A stretch of DNA of 64,000 nt. Source: a virus. How positions within the stretch are numbered: position 1 is the first letter of the stretch; each line of letters begins with the position of its first letter. The position numbers and the translations under genes are program-made. Positions 1 through 9,552 of this stretch are shown here, piece after piece. The notes below the pieces were generated by a model. It saw only the letters and a program-made list of their open reading frames with translations, searched no databases and was not told the origin of the DNA. The DNA is taken from the IMG/VR virus record IMGVR_UViG_3300007513_000026, positions 1 to 64,000 of that record. The stretch is one strand, 5' to 3'.

Positions 1-2630
1 AGAGCATTACCGGTGGTTAAACCATCGGCGCCAATAGCAAGAACTCTTGCTGTTGTTACATCGTTTGCTGTTATGTTAACTACATTTGCGTCAATATTGC
101 CAGCATTAATATCAACACACTGTTGGTCAGTGTCGTTGTTGTTTAATTGTAGAAGGGGCACGCCAGTGGCACCCGCAGAAGCATGATTTTTAATTTCCAG
201 CGTGGCGCCAGGAGATCCTGTGTTGTCACCGATACTCATCCTATTGGAAGAGCCCTCAATAAAAAGCATATGGGATTCGTCGGCAGTTTCAACTCTAAAG
301 TCAACATCAACGCCGCCTTCATTAAAAGTTACTTCGTTTTGAGTATCCTCGGTGAGATCCAGAAAATTGACGCCGCCGGCTTGGAAGTTTATGTCGTCAT
401 CTGTAAAGTCGATATAAGTGTCAGTATCGCCTATATGAACGATCTTGTCAGACACACCTAAATCTGTTCCATCAAAAGTGAGATTAGCTTCTCCTTGGAC
501 CGTATCAGCGTCCGCCCATGTCGCTAGCTGATTATCACTAGGTGTGCCACTTACATCGACAAGGGTGCTTCCCCACACGCGAGAATCAATCTCGTCGGTA
601 AGAATAGTTGAGCCGTTATAAACTAAGACGGTATTATCGGTTCCAGCGGCCACGTTAGAAAGAACGATGGTTTGTGCGTTCACTGTGAGGGTGTCAGCGC
701 TAGCATTGCCAATGGTGGTGTCTCCATTAAATGCGCTGTCCACCCCATTAGCTACAGTGAGTCCGCCGGCGCTAATCAGCACACCTTGAGAAGCCACCTT
801 CAGTCCGTGGGACGCAGTAAGTTGTCCCGTCACTGTTGTAACATCAGCGGCCGCATCACCAAGGGTTACACTTCCACTAACACCGAGTGTGCCCGCAGTC
901 TTAATTCCGCTTGTAAAAATACCGTAAGTGGAACCTATGACATTACCTGTCACCGAAGCACCACCTGCACTAACTTTTAGTGAATTAGAAGCGGTTAGTT
1001 GTCCGGTAACGGTAGTGATATCAGATGCAGCATTTCCAAGGTTTACATCACCATAAAGGTTGGCGTCAATTCCGTTCGCTACCATTAAGCCTTCGGCAGC
1101 TACCTTCAGTCCGTGAGACGCAGTAAGTTGTCCCGTGACGGTCGTCACATCATCAGTGCCGTTTCCTAAAGTGACACTTCCACTTGTACGAAGTTGTCCA
1201 TGGTGCCAAATAGCCCCCGTAACCGCGAGGATAGTACCGTCAAAGGTCAAATTAGCTTCACTGTTCACAGTGGTTCCATTAACAGACGTTATGATTCGAT
1301 TGTTGCCTGGGTTGTTGTAGGTGGTAATAGCTCCACCGCTTCCAAGATCGGTTCCATTCCAAGTTAAGGTCCCACCCACGTTATACAGCTTATCTGTAGT
1401 AGAAGAGGGTGCGCTAATTTGTTCTAACTGCACGGCCGAGTTATTAAAGAGGAAAGAGTCATCTTGATCTCCTCCATCAAAGGTCATTCCATAGCCCACC
1501 AAGTGAACCGATGCTGCGCTGTCGAGGCCAGAGGTTAGTTTCACCCCTCCTATCGTCGCGTTCAGATCGATTGCTGATGCGCCTACTCCACCACCACTCA
1601 CTTTCAGTCCGTGAGAGGCAGTAAGCTGCCCCGAGACTGTTATTGCATCCTCGGCCGCACTTCCAAGTGTAACGCTTCCACTCGCCTTCAAATCGCCTTG
1701 AGTGACAATGTTGTTCTTGACAGTAAGTTCTCCTGAACCTGAAATATCGCCTACAACTGTTAATTTATGTGTTGGGCTATCAGTTCCAATACCAACATCG
1801 TCTCCCAAAATTGCCATTTTGGTGTTTCCACCGGTTTTAAACAAAAATCGGTTTGATCCGTTATCGTAATCAATCTGCCCTTCATCATTATCAGCAATCG
1901 AGCCAAAGATAAGAGAGCCACCATAAGCATTGGCAGACTGAAAATGTATTCTAGGTTTTTCGCTAGATTCTAAAACTAAGAGTGTCCCGCCTGCCGCTGC
2001 AATTGTTCCTGCTGAACCATCCTGGAGATGAAGCAATGATTCGGGGCTATTTGTTCCTATGCCCACGTTTCCTGAAACGTTAAGCGTGCTAGCAAGACCA
2101 ACGTTACCACCATCGGCCACTGTCATGACTGCAGTGCCGCCATCTTTAAGCTCTAAAATGTGTCCTGTACCATCTTGAACAACGCGTAAAACCGGCTGTT
2201 CTCCGGTGGCGTTATCTTCCTTAAAAACAACCAAAGGGAGCGAGCCGGCCTCAGCAATATCGCGACTAACGTTTAAACCATAGCCGGATGAAATGTCTTG
2301 TACGAAATAGCCTGGGAATTTTCCATGGGCATAGAGGGCCGCATTGCCTGCCTCGGAGTCGATCTCCAAACCATAATAAGCTCCCGTTTCATCGAAATCA
2401 ATCAGTAAACCATGGATATCCTCTGAATCCGCTACTTCAATCTCCATCTTATAAGCGGTGCTCGGAGTTGTTGTGCCCACCCCCAAGCTAGATCCAGAGA
2501 TAACAAACCTTGTGGTCCCACCAGTTTTAAGTCCGATGTAATCATTTTCCCAGTCTAATTGGGTATCTGGATCGTCCTCGTCTATGAGGTCGCCAAACTG
2601 ACGTGGTCCTTTAGAACTATTATAAGCCAT
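1..2630 (-). CDS. Long tail-fibre/adhesin-like virion protein, runs off the left edge of the window
   Basis: Absent from the ORF track because no stop lies in the window. Hand translation from ATG at 2630 gives MAYNSSKGPRQFGDLIDEDDPDTQLDW..., open to base 1. It is G/T/S/V/A-rich with NVGIGTxSP motifs, EANLTFDG twice and four T(V)xGQLTASxxLKV repeats. Confidence 0.75.
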   Translation of the reverse strand, partial: MAYNSSKGPRQFGDLIDEDDPDTQLDWENDYIGLKTGGTTRFVISGSSLGVGTTTPSTAYKMEIEVADSEDIHGLLIDFDETGAYYGLEIDSEAGNAALYAHGKFPGYFVQDISSGYGLNVSRDIAEAGSLPLVVFKEDNATGEQPVLRVVQDGTGHILELKDGGTAVMTVADGGNVGLASTLNVSGNVGIGTNSPESLLHLQDGSAGTIAAAGGTLLVLESSEKPRIHFQSANAYGGSLIFGSIADNDEGQIDYDNGSNRFLFKTGGNTKMAILGDDVGIGTDSPTHKLTVVGDISGSGELTVKNNIVTQGDLKASGSVTLGSAAEDAITVSGQLTASHGLKVSGGGVGASAIDLNATIGGVKLTSGLDSAASVHLVGYGMTFDGGDQDDSFLFNNSAVQLEQISAPSSTTDKLYNVGGTLTWNGTDLGSGGAITTYNNPGNNRIITSVNGTTVNSEANLTFDGTILAVTGAIWHHGQLRTSGSVTLGNGTDDVTTVTGQLTASHGLKVAAEGLMVANGIDANLYGDVNLGNAASDITTVTGQLTASNSLKVSAGGASVTGNVIGSTYGIFTSGIKTAGTLGVSGSVTLGDAAADVTTVTGQLTASHGLKVASQGVLISAGGLTVANGVDSAFNGDTTIGNASADTLTVNAQTIVLSNVAAGTDNTVLVYNGSTILTDEIDSRVWGSTLVDVSGTPSDNQLATWADADTVQGEANLTFDGTDLGVSDKIVHIGDTDTYIDFTDDDINFQAGGVNFLDLTEDTQNEVTFNEGGVDVDFRVETADESHMLFIEGSSNRMSIGDNTGSPGATLEIKNHASAGATGVPLLQLNNNDTDQQCVDINAGNIDANVVNITANDVTTARVLAIGADGLTTGNA
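796..1640 (-). repeat. Four imperfect internal coding repeats (TVTGQLTASHGLKV-like)
   Basis: Plus-strand cttcagtccgtg(g/a)gacgcagtaagttgtcccgt at ~796-833 and ~1102-1140, with more diverged copies at ~975-1020 and ~1600-1640. Confidence 0.85.
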
Positions 2631-2729
2631 GAAGCGTTTCTCCTATCATTATCTTAAAGCACAATTGAGCTTCTTTACGTTCTCTTGGGTAAATAGTTAC
2701 CAATTTTTAATCTCGCCTTCCTCTATCCT

Positions 2730-3341
2730 CTAACTCGCTATTTCTACCCAACTCTTGCTTGGGTTGAAGTAAATAACGTTCTGTGTGATGCCGCAATATC
2801 CAATCATCCGTACAAACGCACTTGCCGCGCTGGGGGCGGTCGTGTTCATTTTGCCGCCGGCGGTATCGACATAAAGTACCTTTCCTGCGCTAAAATTTAA
2901 TACCGACGTAGCAGCGTCAAAGAACCCTCGCAATAGAACTCCATGGGTGGTAGGACTGGATCCTAGCGCAATTCCTAATAACTGATCGGCGCCGTTTGCA
3001 GTAGAATTTGCATTTGCCTCCGTCCAGGTCCCATCCGTGTGGAGATAATAGAGTCGGCCAGTTGTCAAAGTCCCACTTCCTGCTTTTACGACTAGTCCGC
3101 CCCCCTCATCGTCAGCGAGACCTTGAAAATAACTGCTTTCCACATGAACATCGAGTACATTTTTTGGATCAGTTGTTCCAATGCCGATTGCGTCGGCTTC
3201 GGCATATAAAATAGCGCTGCCACTTGGTCGCAGAGCGATAGAGTCATATCCAAAATCAATATAAGTCTGGGCGCCTTGGCGATCATCTTCGTAATAAATG
3301 TCGCCGCGTCGGACGCTTCCTGTAACATACTTGTAGCTCAC
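2730..3341 (-). CDS. Short virion fibre/decoration-like protein
   Basis: 203 aa with an IGIGTTDP motif. Its N-terminus (GDIYYEDD...TYIDF) resembles that of the 1..2630 protein. Confidence 0.55.
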   Translation of the reverse strand: MSYKYVTGSVRRGDIYYEDDRQGAQTYIDFGYDSIALRPSGSAILYAEADAIGIGTTDPKNVLDVHVESSYFQGLADDEGGGLVVKAGSGTLTTGRLYYLHTDGTWTEANANSTANGADQLLGIALGSSPTTHGVLLRGFFDAATSVLNFSAGKVLYVDTAGGKMNTTAPSAASAFVRMIGYCGITQNVIYFNPSKSWVEIAS

Positions 3342-3346
3342 TCAAC

Positions 3347-3679
3347 TTATCCTCCCTCGTAAATAGTTTGTTCACCGTCTTCAAACGTAATAATCGTATT
3401 GTTTGTAGGGTGAGAAGTCACATGTATCTTGATGAAATCATCAAATGAATCAAAAATGGCCAACGCACCACGAGGTGCGGGGGTTAGCCAATGAATGATA
3501 CAGTGTCCGGTTGCGAACACACACCCCTCAATTACCACCCCTTCGCCAGAGATACCAGTTTCATCTTTTTGCCTACAAGCGGTGAAGGTTCGTATACCTT
3601 CGGGCGCCTTGTTAGTTGGTTTTTTAGGCTTTAAATCCTCTGGCTCTGTCGGGGTGGCTAGTTCAGCCACATCGTTCAT
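3347..3679 (-). CDS. Hypothetical phage protein (110 aa)
   Basis: Start re-called at ATG 3679 (MNDVAEL) with GGAGA upstream. The longer ORF-track start overlaps the neighbouring gene. Confidence 0.6.
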   Translation of the reverse strand: MNDVAELATPTEPEDLKPKKPTNKAPEGIRTFTACRQKDETGISGEGVVIEGCVFATGHCIIHWLTPAPRGALAIFDSFDDFIKIHVTSHPTNNTIITFEDGEQTIYEGG

Positions 3680-3692
3680 AAGACTTCTCCTT

Positions 3693-3902
3693 TTAGTTGT
3701 CTGTTGTTGGACGAATCTTGGGACTTCCGGCTGTTCCATCGTTGTCGGCCGAATTTTGTTCGTCTCTTTCCATATCTGCAATTGCACATCCGTGGTTCTT
3801 TTTAAGCTCGGAAACATATTCTTGAATCTGGCTTAAATTAGTTTCCATTAAATCTAGTTTTTCTAGTAATTCTTTATAATGTTCTTTTAGTTTATTTTTC
3901 AT
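3693..3902 (-). CDS. Small coiled-coil hypothetical protein
   Basis: 69 aa, heptad-like, fills the intergenic gap and has a late-type motif upstream (3921-3928). Confidence 0.5.
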   Translation of the reverse strand: MKNKLKEHYKELLEKLDLMETNLSQIQEYVSELKKNHGCAIADMERDEQNSADNDGTAGSPKIRPTTDN

Positions 3903-3947
3903 ATCATGTTTCCAATACTATAAATACTTTAAGTTTACCTTACCTTC

Positions 3948-4712
3948 CTATAAAATTGTAGCCCAGTTTACTTTGAACGTTGGGACTACCACCACAATAT
4001 TCTCTAAAACATCCACTCCAAACTCGGTTTGCCCCACATCAATGGCTAAAACATAGCCAATTAAATCTCCCCGTAAGTTAAAAATACCTGAGCCAGACGC
4101 TCCTCCCCACCCAAACGAATCAATATATAAGTAATCATCATCGTGATAACCAATTACCTTTCCATCAAAAGTGAGTGGGCCTGTGTTGTTAGGAAAGCCT
4201 GTGTAAAAAATCGTGCCTTGAGTGGCATATGAACTTTTCCATTGATGGGGTGCTGGGAGATCTTCAGGAATGTCGAGAGGCTCTAAAGCTGCTATTTCGT
4301 CTACCTCAATAAGAGCATAATCGGCAAGAGCGTCCACCAACGTAAAACCTCGGCATGGATAAAAGGTTCCATTAGCCCATATCTGAGTTACTTCGCAATC
4401 TCCCACCAGTCCATGTGACACAGTCAACACGTAGTGGCGATCTTTAGCTGTGAGGTATGTGCCCGTGGAGGATGCCAGGTAGCCTGTACTGTCGGAAATG
4501 GACAGAACCCTCACCGCGCTCATCCGAGACTTTTTCACTGCTCTATACTCTAGAAGAGAGAGATCGTGAGATATGTTTTGAGGTTCCTGGATTTCTTTTA
4601 TTGTGGGAAACTGAGTTTGTGAGACGTGTACGCTGTAAAGTGCTAAGCCGCCCAATCCTGCTCCAAATGAGAAGGCTACCAGGGCTTGGGCCATTTTTTT
4701 AAGCACATTCAT
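3948..4712 (-). CDS. Membrane-anchored trypsin-like (S1) serine protease
   Basis: N-terminal hydrophobic segment. Triad motifs are VLTVSH (His), ADYALI (Asp) and GGASGSG (Ser). Confidence 0.8.
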   Translation of the reverse strand: MNVLKKMAQALVAFSFGAGLGGLALYSVHVSQTQFPTIKEIQEPQNISHDLSLLEYRAVKKSRMSAVRVLSISDSTGYLASSTGTYLTAKDRHYVLTVSHGLVGDCEVTQIWANGTFYPCRGFTLVDALADYALIEVDEIAALEPLDIPEDLPAPHQWKSSYATQGTIFYTGFPNNTGPLTFDGKVIGYHDDDYLYIDSFGWGGASGSGIFNLRGDLIGYVLAIDVGQTEFGVDVLENIVVVVPTFKVNWATIL

Positions 4713-4723
4713 TCATAAATTCC

Positions 4724-7700
4724 CTACACTTGCTTTTGATAACTAAAAAATACAGGTAATGCGTCAAGACCAGCCTTTCTAGCAAACCAAACTAAATCTT
4801 CTCCTCCAGTTATTTTCACTCTCCCGTTTTGTCCAACAGCGACGTAAACAGGCATTTGAGCGCCATTTTTGATAAAATGTTTATACCTACCATCAAAATC
4901 CAATCGTGATCCTCTATAGTATCTAGAACAAAGTTTCCATAATTCACTAGTTGGTGTCATTACATGGTACTGCATATCGTTTGCGTTCATGGGCCGGTCG
5001 TAAATCTGGACCGCTCCTTCGACCCAGTCCTCTAAGACGCCTTGGATGCTAACTTCGGGCGTTACCATCTTGGCGGGTGCTGTATCTGGTACCATGGGGT
5101 TGATACCTAATGTGCCCCACTCTGCTAATCCTCCGCGCTCAACGGTTTGCACTTGGCCTCGGTCGCGAACCTTGCACCCCTGCACATCGGCAGTGATACC
5201 TGGGACGAGTTTGAAGTCTCGATACTCGTCGCGCTGCGCTTGTCCGTAAAGCTCAAACTTAATCTCATAAACGCGATACTCTAGTCCGTGGCCCAATCTC
5301 CGTTGTAACCCTGTGAGGTGTCGCACTGTGGTGACTCCTTCGATTCCTCGAATTTGGTTTTCGATTTGGCTATCGGTTCCTGACCGTGCCACGTCTACCA
5401 CCAGTCCCATTTCTACTTTGTATATGCGGAGATCAATCCCAGCCTGTGCGGCCGGCTCTTGTTCGTTCAACATTTTGTCAATCCGTTCAATCTGAGCTTC
5501 AATGCTTTCTTGTGCTGGTTGCGGTGGCCCAAGTCGCCCACGAAGGCGCACGGGTTCTTCTTCGTCGCTTTCTTCTGATGCTTTCACAATTCGCATAAAC
5601 TCTTCGCGATCACCAGCAACCAAGGCATCCATCGCAGCGGAGCGATCTTCGTCGCTTAACGCCGCCAACATGTCTGCTCGGTTTCTTGGTCTTTGTTCAG
5701 TATCGACATGCGAAGGATCCTCTTCATCGGGATTTGACGAATGATAGGACTCGTCGGCAAACGCCTGCAAAAAGGGAATCTGAGTAACAACCAATCTCCA
5801 GTCCTCGTCGGTCCAATCGGCCGGACGCACTGGACCCGGCTGATCATCGAAATATTCATCCATATAAACCTTCTTCAATTCCTGGGCACGCTCAAGTTCT
5901 GCGGGGGTTAGCTCTTTCGGTGCTTCGGGTTTCTCGCGTGAGTCTTTTTCAATTCCTTTGTAATTCCAATGTATCCTGGTAGGAAGTTCCATTCCGCGCA
6001 TTGTTGCTTGTACCATCGCGACCCATTGATTGGGTTGATCTTCTTCGACATCCCATACATGGCGGGGATGAAGTGAACCAATCGATAACGGGCGTAGAAT
6101 CTTATCAATGGCGGTGTACTTCTCGGGCTTGCCCATGTATTGCCAGTTGTCTCGAATCCAGATTGCTGCTAACACCGCAGCTTCTGCATCGGTGTTGCCG
6201 GTATCTGCTTCTGCGCCAAAGCGGCTGTCAATGCGAGCTACATACTCTTGCATCCTGCTGCCATCAAGGTAGCTTTCATCGCGCTTGCGCACTTTGTCCT
6301 CGGCATGGGCAATAAACTCCTTGAGGACGCGGATAGCCGCCCCCACAACCACATCAGAATGACCATCTACATAACGCATGAAGGCGAAAGCGCCCTCGAC
6401 TTCTTCCACAGAGTCGGAGGACTCGATGATGATCTTCAGTATCATAGAAATGCCGCCCTCTCGGTCAAGAATAAAGCGAAGGTTTGCGCTGCGGGAAAAC
6501 TGAACACCCTGAAATATCGGTCGCTCGTAGGTTTCTCCGAAGTCCAATTCAAGCTGCTCTTCGGCATAGCCATTTGCCGCTTGCTGAAGGGCGAGTAGCT
6601 CTTCGGAAAATGCTTTTATAAACGCTGGCCCTGGGTAGACTTTTCCAGCCTCCTTAACTTGTCCCCCGTTAAAAATCCTCTCCAGCGCAAATGGAGTATT
6701 GCCCAAGGTTTTAGGAAACATCCCCACTGGAGTGTCAACATAACCTTGGCCTCGTGGCTCAAACCAGAACCAAATCTCTCCATCATAATCGTCATCTTCA
6801 TCCAAACCAGTGGCGCGCCAGTTCTGCAGTTCTTCGTTAACCTCGCGCATGTCATCAAACATGCGATCAAAGTCGCTGGGAGCAATGTAGTTCGCTTCGA
6901 CCAATGCGCGGCGCATCTTTTCATAGGTGGTGTCGTAATTGTCGTCAAGGTCCGAGATGGTATAGTCTATGAAGCTGTCCAGTGAATCGGGATCACTGCA
7001 ATCGTCGCAGTTGAATGTCATATCGATCAGCAATTCATTGTCGTACACCTCCCAATTTGTATCCTCGGAATAAAGGTCAACAGAATCGTCAACAAAATCT
7101 GTAAAGGCGCGCCGGTCTTTCCACTCGCTGTTCGCGTATCCTGACGGAATTGGTGTATACTCTCTTTCCTCGGAAGGAAAACGATAGTAGCCACCGTCGG
7201 TGTCTATTTCGCCGCTCCACCCCAAGGGGAATGTAAAGCGCACGTCGGCGCGCCCCCACACATAAGGCTGCTCGTCGCCGGCTACTTCAGCCTGAAAGCT
7301 CACATGTTGGCTACGGTTTTGCGCCTGAGTGAGGAGATCATCTACTTGCTCCTCGTACTGTTCCCAGAGGTTATCGCCTTCTTCGTATTCATGTTCTACG
7401 TTGCCGCGATAGGAGGTTACCTTGGTGCCAGAGCGCGAGAAAAAGTCATTGAGAATGAAGCCGTCTTGGGTATCCTCGTAAGAGCCGCCGTAGCGGATCA
7501 AATAGCTTTCGCGTGGAAGCTCCAATTGATCTTCTCCTTCTTCCACAAAGAGATACTTCTGATTATCCCACGCCCATTCTCCCACTACATTCGCAAAGCC
7601 GGGGGCGCTCCTGCCATACGTGCGCTCTTCAGGCACGGCGAAGTAGTCGCCACTGGCGCTATCAAAAAACTTGCGCAGTCGGACTCGGGCATTAGCCACG

Positions 7701-9157
7701 ATACCGGGGATGTTTCGATTTGAGTCTCGGAAGATTTCCATGTTGTCGAAGTCGCCTATGGGTCGTGGGGTGGGCACTTGATCGAGGGGTGGCCATGGCT
7801 TCTTATCGAAATGAGCATGGATGGCTTCGCGAACCATGTCGGGAGTGACGGCATCTTTTACATCTGGAGGTACCGACCTCCAGCGGTCGGCTTTCATATA
7901 TTGAAGCTGTTTCTCAAACAGATCCGCATCATTGAGCCATTTGTGCATCGCCATGCGCACCGCATTGTCCTCTAAAATGTGAGATTGGACGACTAGTTGC
8001 GCTTGGTAGGTGGTTTGATCGTCTGTTTGGGGCATCTCCGCTAGCTCTGGAAGTTTCTCTAACATTCTTTGCGTAAGGTTCTGGGCGGAGCGCATGTTCT
8101 TCATGAGGGGATTGTCATACTGCCAGACTGGCTGCCCTCCCTTCTCGGCCACCTTTTCAGAATCCGTTGTAAATGCCCGCATCATCCGCTTGAATGCTAT
8201 GGTAATGTTCGCTTCAGGCACGCCATCATCTACAAGTTCCTTAAGATATGAGCCTATAGTGTGTTGTTTTGCACCCAAAGATGGGCGCTCTAATCTCAGC
8301 AACCAATTAAGAAACATGTCAACCTTATCGGTGGGGGGTGCCTCTGCGTCTTTAAATCCTGTCCTCAAAAACTCTTCTAGCTTCTGAGTTTTGACTAAGT
8401 AAGCCAACAATCCTGTGCCTCGGGACTCTGCGACGGCGCACTTAAAGTATTCTCCGTGCTCGCGATGGCACGATGAGATGTTGCCAATGTCGCTCATGCG
8501 CAGCACATCCATTGGGTGTCGCGACACAATCACCGTATCAGTGCCGGCTTGATGAGTGCCTGCAAACATATCTTCAATCTGAGTCCACTCGTCTTCTTTG
8601 GTATAATAGGTTTGTTTCTTGGCCCACCAGTCAGCTAGCTCGGGGGTAATGAGATCTCCCTTTTTCAAATTGAAAACTGCGCGAGACATGGTGGTAGTGC
8701 GCGTCTTATCGATAGTCTCGCCTTTGCGCGGTCCTGCGGGAATGGTGAACTTGTAAGTGCGATGAAGGTCAAGCTTGGCGACTTCCATTTCGCGCTCTTG
8801 TTCTACGCCGCCCTCACCCCGATACTTTTGTTTCACGCTGCGTATGGGAAATTTCTTGGAGCTATGCATGCCTCCCTCCCACGGAACCGCTTCGCCTGGT
8901 TCCCATCCTTGTTCTTTTAACGCGCTTACAAGCTGTGCGAGGTTGCGTTCTTCTTCTGTACCCAACGGAAACGCCACACGCATCGAGCCATTGAAAAGTT
9001 CATCAAACTCGGGGTTGATGCGATCCCCTTCCTGCGCCATCCAATCATATAAATCTCGCGCTTCTTTGCGCGAAATCTCGTCTAAGGTTTGTTTGGTGGG
9101 CTGCTCTGAGGTCTCTTCAGTAAGGTATTTAAACCATCGCCCGGTTGCAATATCCAT
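4724..9157 (-). CDS. Large acidic multidomain protein (1477 aa), possibly virion-internal, with a C-terminal ParB/Srx-like domain
   Basis: Long D/E-rich ORF. The C-terminus IKNGAQMPVYVAVGQNGRVKITGGEDLVWFARKAGLDALPV follows the ParB-N pattern. A late-type motif lies upstream. Confidence 0.5.
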   Translation of the reverse strand: MDIATGRWFKYLTEETSEQPTKQTLDEISRKEARDLYDWMAQEGDRINPEFDELFNGSMRVAFPLGTEEERNLAQLVSALKEQGWEPGEAVPWEGGMHSSKKFPIRSVKQKYRGEGGVEQEREMEVAKLDLHRTYKFTIPAGPRKGETIDKTRTTTMSRAVFNLKKGDLITPELADWWAKKQTYYTKEDEWTQIEDMFAGTHQAGTDTVIVSRHPMDVLRMSDIGNISSCHREHGEYFKCAVAESRGTGLLAYLVKTQKLEEFLRTGFKDAEAPPTDKVDMFLNWLLRLERPSLGAKQHTIGSYLKELVDDGVPEANITIAFKRMMRAFTTDSEKVAEKGGQPVWQYDNPLMKNMRSAQNLTQRMLEKLPELAEMPQTDDQTTYQAQLVVQSHILEDNAVRMAMHKWLNDADLFEKQLQYMKADRWRSVPPDVKDAVTPDMVREAIHAHFDKKPWPPLDQVPTPRPIGDFDNMEIFRDSNRNIPGIVANARVRLRKFFDSASGDYFAVPEERTYGRSAPGFANVVGEWAWDNQKYLFVEEGEDQLELPRESYLIRYGGSYEDTQDGFILNDFFSRSGTKVTSYRGNVEHEYEEGDNLWEQYEEQVDDLLTQAQNRSQHVSFQAEVAGDEQPYVWGRADVRFTFPLGWSGEIDTDGGYYRFPSEEREYTPIPSGYANSEWKDRRAFTDFVDDSVDLYSEDTNWEVYDNELLIDMTFNCDDCSDPDSLDSFIDYTISDLDDNYDTTYEKMRRALVEANYIAPSDFDRMFDDMREVNEELQNWRATGLDEDDDYDGEIWFWFEPRGQGYVDTPVGMFPKTLGNTPFALERIFNGGQVKEAGKVYPGPAFIKAFSEELLALQQAANGYAEEQLELDFGETYERPIFQGVQFSRSANLRFILDREGGISMILKIIIESSDSVEEVEGAFAFMRYVDGHSDVVVGAAIRVLKEFIAHAEDKVRKRDESYLDGSRMQEYVARIDSRFGAEADTGNTDAEAAVLAAIWIRDNWQYMGKPEKYTAIDKILRPLSIGSLHPRHVWDVEEDQPNQWVAMVQATMRGMELPTRIHWNYKGIEKDSREKPEAPKELTPAELERAQELKKVYMDEYFDDQPGPVRPADWTDEDWRLVVTQIPFLQAFADESYHSSNPDEEDPSHVDTEQRPRNRADMLAALSDEDRSAAMDALVAGDREEFMRIVKASEESDEEEPVRLRGRLGPPQPAQESIEAQIERIDKMLNEQEPAAQAGIDLRIYKVEMGLVVDVARSGTDSQIENQIRGIEGVTTVRHLTGLQRRLGHGLEYRVYEIKFELYGQAQRDEYRDFKLVPGITADVQGCKVRDRGQVQTVERGGLAEWGTLGINPMVPDTAPAKMVTPEVSIQGVLEDWVEGAVQIYDRPMNANDMQYHVMTPTSELWKLCSRYYRGSRLDFDGRYKHFIKNGAQMPVYVAVGQNGRVKITGGEDLVWFARKAGLDALPVFFSYQKQV

Positions 9158-9201
9158 TCTATTATACTCCCAACATTATAAATAGTAAGATATTTCCTAT
9201 T

Positions 9202-9552
9202 TCATCTCCAAAGCAACTGGATAGAAGCAATGATAAACGCCAGGAATACACATGTCATTGTTTTGGCTGTAAACATGCTTTCCCCTAAGAAATACCAAGT
9301 AAGTAAAGGAAAGGTGAGATAGGAAAGGGCAAAGATTAAAAAGCGGGGGCCCCAGATCTCGCCCATCTCTGCGTAAGCCAACTGCATCCCATACCAAAAA
9401 CACAGAGATGCCGGCAACGTAAAGACAAGAATCGGCAGAAGAGGTCTACCCTTCCACCACTCCCATACAAACTGAGAGTTTAAGTGAAACCAGCCGAACA
9501 ATTGTCCGACTGTAAACAACAGGCATGCTATTAAAATCTTAGTGGTTGGCAA
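9202..9552 (-). CDS. Small 4-TM membrane protein, SMR/EamA (DMT)-like
   Basis: 116 aa with four hydrophobic helices. The LLTWYFLGES segment matches the DMT-type 'xxxFxE' loop. Confidence 0.55.
   Translation of the reverse strand: MPTTKILIACLLFTVGQLFGWFHLNSQFVWEWWKGRPLLPILVFTLPASLCFWYGMQLAYAEMGEIWGPRFLIFALSYLTFPLLTWYFLGESMFTAKTMTCVFLAFIIASIQLLWR

Noticed and set aside
796-1640. Repeats of ~35 nt that might suggest a CRISPR array or a DGR template/variable pair
   Set aside because: Spacing is irregular, the repeats are in-frame coding sequence with mostly synonymous differences, and no cas or reverse transcriptase gene is present.
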